NCBI GenBank assembly: GCA_035221665.1
Contig: CM069133.1
Span: forward strand, 86,056,001-86,120,000
Origin: Okamejei kenojei
Taxonomy: Eukaryota
Direction of reading: 5' to 3'
DNA: 64,000 nt
The notes under the pieces were generated by a model. That model saw only the letters and a program-made list of their open reading frames with translations, did no database searches and was not told the origin of the DNA. How positions within the stretch are numbered: position 1 is the first letter of the stretch; each line of letters begins with the position of its first letter. Shown in pieces: positions 36,601 through 45,600 of the stretch. The translations under genes were made by a program, and so were the position numbers.

Positions 36601-39600
36601 CAGAGAGTTGTAGGAGTTACAGGTTCATGGTTTTATGAAAGTGGTGAGTTTGGAGAACAGTGTGTTAAAGGAGGTGTTTGACATGCTTGTCTTCCCATTT
36701 GTTACAAAGTTTGGGGCATCATGATACAGCTGTGCAAGTCCTTGGTCAGACAATACTTGGAGTAATGTGTGTATTTCTGGTCACCCAAATACTGGAAGGT
36801 TTGCATTTAGTTTGATAGGGAGCTGAAGACATTCACTACAATGTTACTTGGGCTTGCTGGCTTAAGTGATAGGGAGTGTTTGGGTGAGCTGAGAGTTTTT
36901 CCTTTGGACTTAGGAGCTGAGTGGTGACAATGTTGAGATGCAGAAGAAACATATATGGCAAAGATAAATTAACGCTCACAGACCTTTTCCCACGGTAAGA
37001 GTATTCCGAAACCAGAGGACATACGCTTAAGCTGAAAGGGGAGATATTTAAAAGGAAGCTCAGGCAACTTTTTCACTCAGTGGGTAATCCATATCAGGAA
37101 TGAGCACCCAGTCAAAGCTAGAAAAGCATATGCAGTTATGACTTTTAAAAGACATTTGACAGATATATGGATAGGAAGGGTTTAGAGGACTATGGGCAAA
37201 ATGCTAGCCAATTGAACTAACCCAAAGGGCCGGTTTCCATGCAGTACACCTCTATGACGATGTCGTCACTGTGCATCTAGTAATCCTTTTCCAAACCAGA
37301 TGACATCACAGAATTTCTAGGATCCACTTCTGCAATTAAAACCAATGATTTTAAAACATTAAAAAAAAATAAAGCCTACCACTTTTACCAGGGTGATTTA
37401 CGCTGTCTACCGGCATTATCTTGTAACTTCAATTTAGGTTACCAATTAAAAGATGCAGATTGAGAGAAGCATTGTATGGTCCTTAATTCTCCTTATCCCC
37501 TACTATTGATATAAGGCACAAAATAACCACCAGTCATCCGAAAGGGCCTGTCCCACTTGGGCGACCTAATCCGTGAGTCCAGTAGAGTGCCTTTGACCTT
37601 CAAGCTCGAGGGTACTCGCCTGGAAAGCCTCGAGCTGGATCGACCGGCCGCGTTGAAACCACGAGCTGGATGGACTGAACCGCGAGCTGCATCTACCNNN
37701 NNNNNNNNNNNNNNNNNNNNNNNNNNNNNNNNNNNNNNNNNNNNNNNNNNNNNNNNNNNNNNNNNNNNNNNNNNNNNNNNNNNNNNNNNNNNNNNNNNNN
37801 NNNNNNNNNNNNNNNNNNNNNNNNNNGCCAACTTGAGACCCGATTCAGCATTGCGGTAATCCTCCATGCCGGCATCAGCCCGTTGGGCAGCAGCCAGCTC
37901 CACGTAATCCACGCCTAGGCTTAAAGCGGAAACCTCAGGGACCGCCGGATGGGAGAGCGCGTCGGCCACAACGTTCAGCTTCCCTGCCACATGCTGAATG
38001 TCAGAAGTGAACTCAGATATGTAGGCGAGGTGCCGCTGTTGCCTGGCGGACCAGGGATCGGACGCCTTATTTAAAGCGAACGTGAGTGGCTTGTGGCCGA
38101 CGTGTCTATCACGGACGTAGAGGCATTCGTTTGGGCCGATCACGTTGCCTCGGCGATCGGCCGAGACATTTCCCTGAAACGAACAGGGGCTTCGGCATCT
38201 TTGGGCTTCCATGCCGTAGTGGAGATGGTAGTAGCACCAACGGCGTCGGCTGTACACCTCCGGCAGCGGCGATGCCTCTTCAGCGCTGGGCAGATCCTGC
38301 TCTTCTTCCCGATGTCATCTCGGTTGCACGTGGCAGTGGAGCACAAACGTCCCACCGCCTGTGGGTCCACAACTCGTCAGTTCTCTCTGCGAGGTGCTGG
38401 GGATTGCTGAAATCAGCCCTGGCGAGCATCAGACGGACTTCATCTGGCATCTGCTCTAAGAACTCCTTTTCGATGAGCAGACACGGGCGCTGCCCGTCTA
38501 TCAGGGCCAGCATCTTTGCCATGATGGTGGATGGCCGCCAGTTGCCAACACTGTCCATGTGCAGGATCTTCGCCGCCCTGTCTCTAAGGCTGAGACCAAA
38601 GGTATGGAGCAGCAGGGCCTTCAAACCTTCGTATTTTGCGATCGTCGGCGGGTCTCTGATGTATGGCAACAGCCTCGAGGCACAGTCCTGCGGCAGAGCT
38701 CCTACCGCATGAAATTACATCGTGTCGTCTGCAATAATACGGTGCAGATGAAACCGCGCCTCAACGTGGGCGAACCAGACCTGAGGTTGGTCTGGCCAAA
38801 ACAAAGGTAATTTGAAGCCCGGTGAGCCCTGCCTCGTGCCGGCTGATTCTGCGGGAACGTAGTCCTCCTGCATGATCTTCTTTGTGTGACAAATCACATT
38901 CTACCCTGAACTCTCCATGCACAACTTATTGAGACCATTGAAATACCTGTATTCCTTGAGGGATAGTAAAGGGAGATTGTAATTTATGGAGAATTTATTT
39001 CAGGAAGTTAACTGGAATCTTGATTTGAGCTTTCTAGAATTGTAATTCTTAGACTAAAAATTCTAGATGGATGCTAAAAAGAAGCTTCAATTTTAGTTTA
39101 GTTCAGAGATACAGCGTGGAAACAGGCTCTTCCGCCCACCTGATCCGCACTGACCAGCGTTCTCCTCATATTAACACGATCCTGCACACACTGGGGACAA
39201 TTTTTACATTTACCAAACCAATTCAGGGCTGCCAACATTGGGTGAGAAGTGAGAGTTAGAAATTGCGAGGGAGTGCAGCGACCGAGGTGGGGGGGGGGGG
39301 GAGATGACACACCCCCCTCCCATACCGACCCGACCATTCCCCCCCCCCAATGGTAGGAAGCTTTTGCATTTTTCAGTTTGAAATTGTGGGATCTGGTGCA
39401 TTCTTTTAACTTACGCTTGATGCAACATTTATGCTTCAAATTGGATTAGGTGTGAATAAGGTTAGGCTGAATTACATTCCTAATTACATTCCACAGTAGA
39501 GCCAGGCTCTGATCAATAGGTGCAGCACATGAATGACCTTAGTATATTCATGTATGGAAATCAGATTATAATTCATGCTGTTATGCATATATAGAGAAAC

Positions 39601-42600
39601 AAAAACATAGAAACAAGGCAAGAGGAGTCAGACTTCCATCACTGTTCTGCACAAATAAATCAATTAACCTTACCCTTTCCGGGGTGCATTTCCCTCTCTC
39701 CCCCCTCCCAGGAATGCGGGCCGGCCCAGGTGCTCTGTGTCCCGCTGGGGTCCGGGGGAGGTGAGGGTCAGTGACCTGGGGGTCCGGGGGAGGTGAGGGA
39801 CAGTGACCCGGGAGTCGGGGAGCGGAGCCTTACCCCGAGATTCATCCCGCGGCTCCAGAGACGGCACCGACGCCCCCACTCACCTGGTTCTTTCCTGGCT
39901 CCGGGCCGGGTTAAAACTCCATGCGATGTAGACAGAGCGGCCGACGGACACAGAGCCGCCGGTGAGGGTGGGAGGTGTGAGTGGTGCCTCAGGGGGGGCA
40001 GTGCTGGGACCACCACCGTGTCTCACCTATCACACCATCTGCACGGGAATGTGAATGCGGGGGAGGCAGCATCTATTGAGCAATGGGCAAAAATGCTGGA
40101 GAAATGCTTGAGTCTGAAGAAGGGTCAAAGTCAGACATAGATGCTGCCTCACCTGCTGAGTTTGTCCAGCATTTTTGTCTACATTGCCTTTTTAAATAGT
40201 GTGCGATGATGGGCTTAAGCCAATTAAATTGCTTATTTTTTACGGGGAACCCACCGACAGAAAACTATTCTCATTGGTGAGTGTGGAGGAGTGTGACTTT
40301 ATTTATTTATTTGTATATTTTTTTAAATATTTTTTTGAGCATGAGAACTTCTGTCATCAGCGTGAGAGCGTGAGAATTTCCTCAAATGCGTTAGTTTCAC
40401 GCTCAATGCGTGTGAGTTGGCAGCCCTGCCAATTTACCTTCATACCTGTACGCCTTGGATGTCTTGAGATTTTTTTGTACAATTGAATAAAAGGTATTGA
40501 AGTTGACAGCAAGTTTGAGGTATTTTGCAAATATGCACCCTACGAATATTGAACAATGGACACAAACTTTGAAATAGTAGAGCGTTTTGCAGTGTCCTTG
40601 ACTATCTCCGGCTACCAATAGCAGGTGCTTTGTCTAAGTTCTATTTGTGCACCATGTTGATGTTCAAACTAGTTGCCATATTCACCTGTCTATTGAAAAT
40701 TGCTGTACTTCAATTCATCCAGTGTAATATCTTTTTGTGGTATAAAGAGAGCAATTCATTGTTTTTCCCATGACTCACTTCATCACCTTTAACTAGTAGA
40801 TACTAGTGACCAAATTAGATTTATTTTTTTCTTGAATGTGGATCTAAGCGATCTGAAGTCCACAAATACTTACTTACATTTACCTGAATATTAGTTTTTA
40901 AAATGTGAAATTAGGGATGAGTTAGACTAGGCGTGATTAGGTTTTAATCTGCACTGTGAGATTATGCCTGGTCATTAGTTTAGGTAATCCATGGTGTGAT
41001 GCCCCCAAAATAAATTTCTATGGATCAACACAGTATTAACACAACACACCATGTTACATGTTAGATGTATCAATATAAGCAGTTCAGCCATCATTATTAT
41101 GAAAAGATGTATGCGATAACAGAACACAGCAAAGTTTAGTACCCTTCTGCAGATCAGTCTCATGGAGTGCAAACATTGTCACAGTCAGTGAAAATCGCAG
41201 GATATAACAACAGAACAAATCATCACCATCAGGCAGCAGGATATATTTTATATTGAAATACTCTGTATCCAGGTCATTACACCCACTAAAATGAGTGATT
41301 ATTTTACTGCTAAGGCTGATTCCATTGCCTTTTTTAGATTTGTAATGCTTCCACATTAAGCATTACATTGAAATATTATCTGCATGATTCTGGGTTTAGC
41401 TGGGATAATTCGTTAAAATATTGAATGTAGCCACTGTATTAAGGATTTACATAAATTAACAGGCTTGTTGCCAAGATGAATGACTGCTGAATGTGTGCTT
41501 TGACTGCTGCATGAGAGCACTGATACCAAACTGGCAGTTGCAACATTGTAATTCATATTGCAATTTGCACTTGAATTGGGTAAGGTTGCAATGCATGCAT
41601 TGGAGCTTGCTGTATCTAATCCCCAGTGTTTGAGATTATCATGATGAAATAATGAATATTACAATGGGCACCACACCATTTTTATTGTATTTTGACACGG
41701 ATGCTCAGGATCTCCACTTTAAATCAGGTTCATGTTCGTAAACGTGCACAAGAAAATGAAGCGTACTTGGACCATGTACTACTAGAGGTGGAAAGACTTT
41801 GGCCTTCCTTTATTGGTGGACGAAGAGTTGCAAAGCAGGTACAATTTATTCTTTGTGTAGCTGAAGTTAAATAGTACTGATGATGGACATAACAGAAACA
41901 TTTCCATGGAACCTTATACCAATGGGGACCATTCAGCCAATTTTGCTCAGATGGTTCTTTGAAATTGTCATGTTAGCATTGACATTTGTGTACTCTTTTA
42001 CAATTCTCACACTGTTATTCAATAACAACCTCAACCATGCTGTCTCTACAACTTCCCACAATTCTATGTATTTTCATTTTCTTTGCCATATCAGTGGTGG
42101 CCATATTTGCTTTACTTGGAACCTAAATTCTGAAACTTTATTTCCCAAACCTCTCCTATGTTGTGCTTCTCTCCTATGCTGTGCTCTTTGATCAGATTTA
42201 TGGTAATTTGAAATATCTTCTTCATTGACTTATTTTAACAGCTTTTGCCTAATATACCTGTGAACAATCTGTGGAAATGTTACTGTGTTGGTGGCCATTA
42301 AGTCTTTACGGGATTATGCTGCATGTTAACTGGCTTCAGCTTTACCTACAGAACAATAATATCAGGGTTGCCAACATTGGGTGAGAGTTGGGAGTGAGTA
42401 GTTGTGAGAGGCCAAGCCAGAGAGAGCATAGCAACCAAGGGGGGAGGGGGGTGCGAGGTGGATGTCCCCCCTCCCATGGGTACGGAGCTTTTGCATATTT
42501 CAGCTTGAAATTGTGCAATCTGGTGCATACTATAGCTCACTGCACAACTGGTACTACTCCTGACCCTGACTCACGTTGCATACCTTCTCTCATTCCTGAC

Positions 42601-45600
42601 CCTGAGTCCAGCCTTACACCTGGCCCTCTATTGTACCCTGATCATAGCTGCTTACTTGCTCAGGTTCCCAGTGCTGAACACTCCCATTGCCCTAGCTTTG
42701 ACTGCACACCTAGTACTATTCCAGACCTTGACTCTGGATGCACACTTGGCCTTGCTCCTAGCCCCTCTGCACTGACAATATATCTGGTCCACACATAAAG
42801 CCCAATATCTGACCTCCTGGATTTAACCTATTACGTTCAAGCCCACAGGTGCTTATCTAATGCAGTTATCTTTTATGGGGCACAGACCAAATTCTGTATA
42901 ACTAAATTTGCTACATCCATTGCTTCCTTGTTATCTAACATGCTAGTTACTTTGTCAAAGAAGTCATCAATTGGTTGAACACAATTTCTCATCCATAATA
43001 TTATACTCACTCAGCTGTATATGTATTCTGTTACCATTTCCTTCATTTTCCGAACAAACTGCCCTGAAGTCATTTTCACCCTCAATATTTTCAGTAATTT
43101 GCTGTCTTCCTCTCAGCAGGGACTTTTTGGAAATGCAAAGTCCAAAAACTATATATTTAAGCAATGATATTCTATTTAATGTGATCTTGAGTGTACATAA
43201 TATTTTATGTGGTATTCATAACACAACAATGATAAAAAGATCTTTGTTTTGATTGCACCTATCATCATGCATACATTATTATATTACAATTAATATGTAC
43301 CGAGTGGAAATTTTTGTTCCAACGCTCCCCATTCCCAATTACTTTTACATTGAAGTGATTGAAATCTGAGTGATGTTTAAATGGCATAAGAAAAATAAAA
43401 CCTCCGCAATGGATGATATTCATTACGTTTTGGTTGGAGTCAGTATCAGCACAATTACTATATTAAATTTTAAATCTTCAGATGTCCTGGTTCAAGCTAA
43501 AACTAATGACAAATAATAACCTCCTCACACATTGCCCCGCAAGTATCTCTGTCACTACTTTAAAATATGTCCCTTCTTTGAACAAGCTCTTAAACATTGC
43601 ATCTGAATCAGTTTCCATCTGATTACATTCCTTGAGGATGTTCATCTACATGTTCAATTAATAAAACAATGAGATTGGGGACATTTCTATTCAACCTGTC
43701 AAAGATTTGAGGGGGGGTGTTAGAAATAGTCAGTGAGGTAAACAAACATAATAGTTGAGTGGCAAATGACAATTGACACCTTCCCAATATTTAACTGAAG
43801 GAAATAATGGGTTATCGGGGTTGTATGTTGTGACAGACAGCCTGACACCTTGCATTTCATTTTAATATTACACTTATCCCATCCCCCTGGATATTCCAGA
43901 TTAATAAATTAATGTTTTGTTAACTAATTACAAATCAGGCTAACTACAAATCAATAACTTTAGCCAACGCTAAAACACGAAGTGCTGAGCATTGGGATCC
44001 AGACATCCAGAAACTTACAAAATTCTTAAGGGGTTGGACAGGCTAGATGCAGGAAGATTGTTCCCGATGTTGGGGAAGTCCAGAACAAGGAGTCACAGTT
44101 TAAGGATAAGGGGAAAGTATTTTAGGACCGAGATGAGAAAAACATTTTTCACACAGAGAGTGGTGAATCTGTGGAATTCTCCGCCACAGAAGGTAGTTGA
44201 GGCCAGTTCATTGGCTAGATTGGAAAGATTCTAAGGGGAGTAGGAGGCAACCGTGGCTGACAAGAGAAGTTAGGGATAGAATAAAACTAAAAGAAAAGCA
44301 AACAGCAAAGAGTAGCCGGAAGCCTGAGGACTGGGAAACTTTGATAGGACAACAGAAGAAACAAAACGGGCAATACGGGCTGAAAAGATGAAGTACGAGG
44401 GGAAGCTGGCCAGGAATATAAAGACGACAGTAAAAGCTTCTTTAGATATGTTAAGGGAAAAAGAGTCAAATGTGGGTCACTTGAAGGCAGACATGGATGA
44501 AATTATTATGGGCAACAAGGAAATGTCAGAAGAGTTGAATAGGTACTTCGGATCTGTCTTCACTAAGGAGGACATAAACAATCTCCCAGATGTACTGGAG
44601 GACAGAGGATCTAAGGGGGTAGAGGAACTGAAAGAAATTTTCATTAGGCGAGAAATAGTATTGGGTAGGCTAATGTGACGGAAGGATGTTAAATCCCCTG
44701 GGCCTGATGGTCTGCATCCCAGGGTCCACAGGGAGGTGGCTCTAGAAATAGTGGAGGCATTGGTGATCATTTTCCAATGTTCAACAGATTCAGGATCAGT
44801 TCCTGTGGATTGGAGGATAGCTAATGTTATCCCACTTTTCAAGAAAGGGGCGAGAGAGAAAACGGGGAATTACAGACCAGTTAGCCTGACTTCGGTGGTG
44901 GGAAAGATGCTGGAGTCAATTATTAAACAGGTAATATTTGGGCATTGGATAGCAGTAAAAGGATTAGTCCAAGTCAACAAGGATTTATGAAAGGGAAATC
45001 ATGCTTGACTAATCTTCTGGAAATTTTTTGAGGATGTGACAAGTAAAATGGATGAAGGGGTGCCAGTGGATGTAGTGTATCTAGACTTTCAGAAAGCCTT
45101 TGATAAGGTCACGCTCGGGAGACTGGTGACTAAAATTAGAACACATGGTATTGGGGGTAGGGTGTTGACATGGTTAGAAAATTGATTGGCAGACCGGAAG
45201 CAAAGAGTAGGAGTGAATGGGCGCTTTTCAGAATGGCAGGCAGTGGCAAGTGGGGTGCCGCAAGGCTCGGTGTTGAGGCCGCAACTGTTTACCATATATA
45301 TAAATGATTTGGAAGAGGGAATTAGGAGCAACACTAGCAAGTCTGCCTATGACACAAAGCTGGGGAATGTGAACTGTGAAGAGGATGTTAGGAGGTTGCA
45401 GGAGGACCTGGACAGTGGGCAGATGCGTGGCAGATGCAGTATAGTAAAGATAAATGTGAGGTTATTCACTTTGGCGGCAAAAATAAAGGGGCAGATTATT
45501 ATCTCAATGGGGTTAGGTTAGGTAAGGGGGAGGTACAGCGAGACCTGGATGTCCTTGTACACCGGTCACTGAAAGTTGGCGTGCAGGTACAGCAGGCAGT

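Noticed and set aside
39745-39815. Short direct repeats (gggtccgggggaggtgaggg.cagtgacc) that might suggest an array
   Set aside because: Only two units inside a transposon, no spacers, eukaryotic context; not CRISPR-like.
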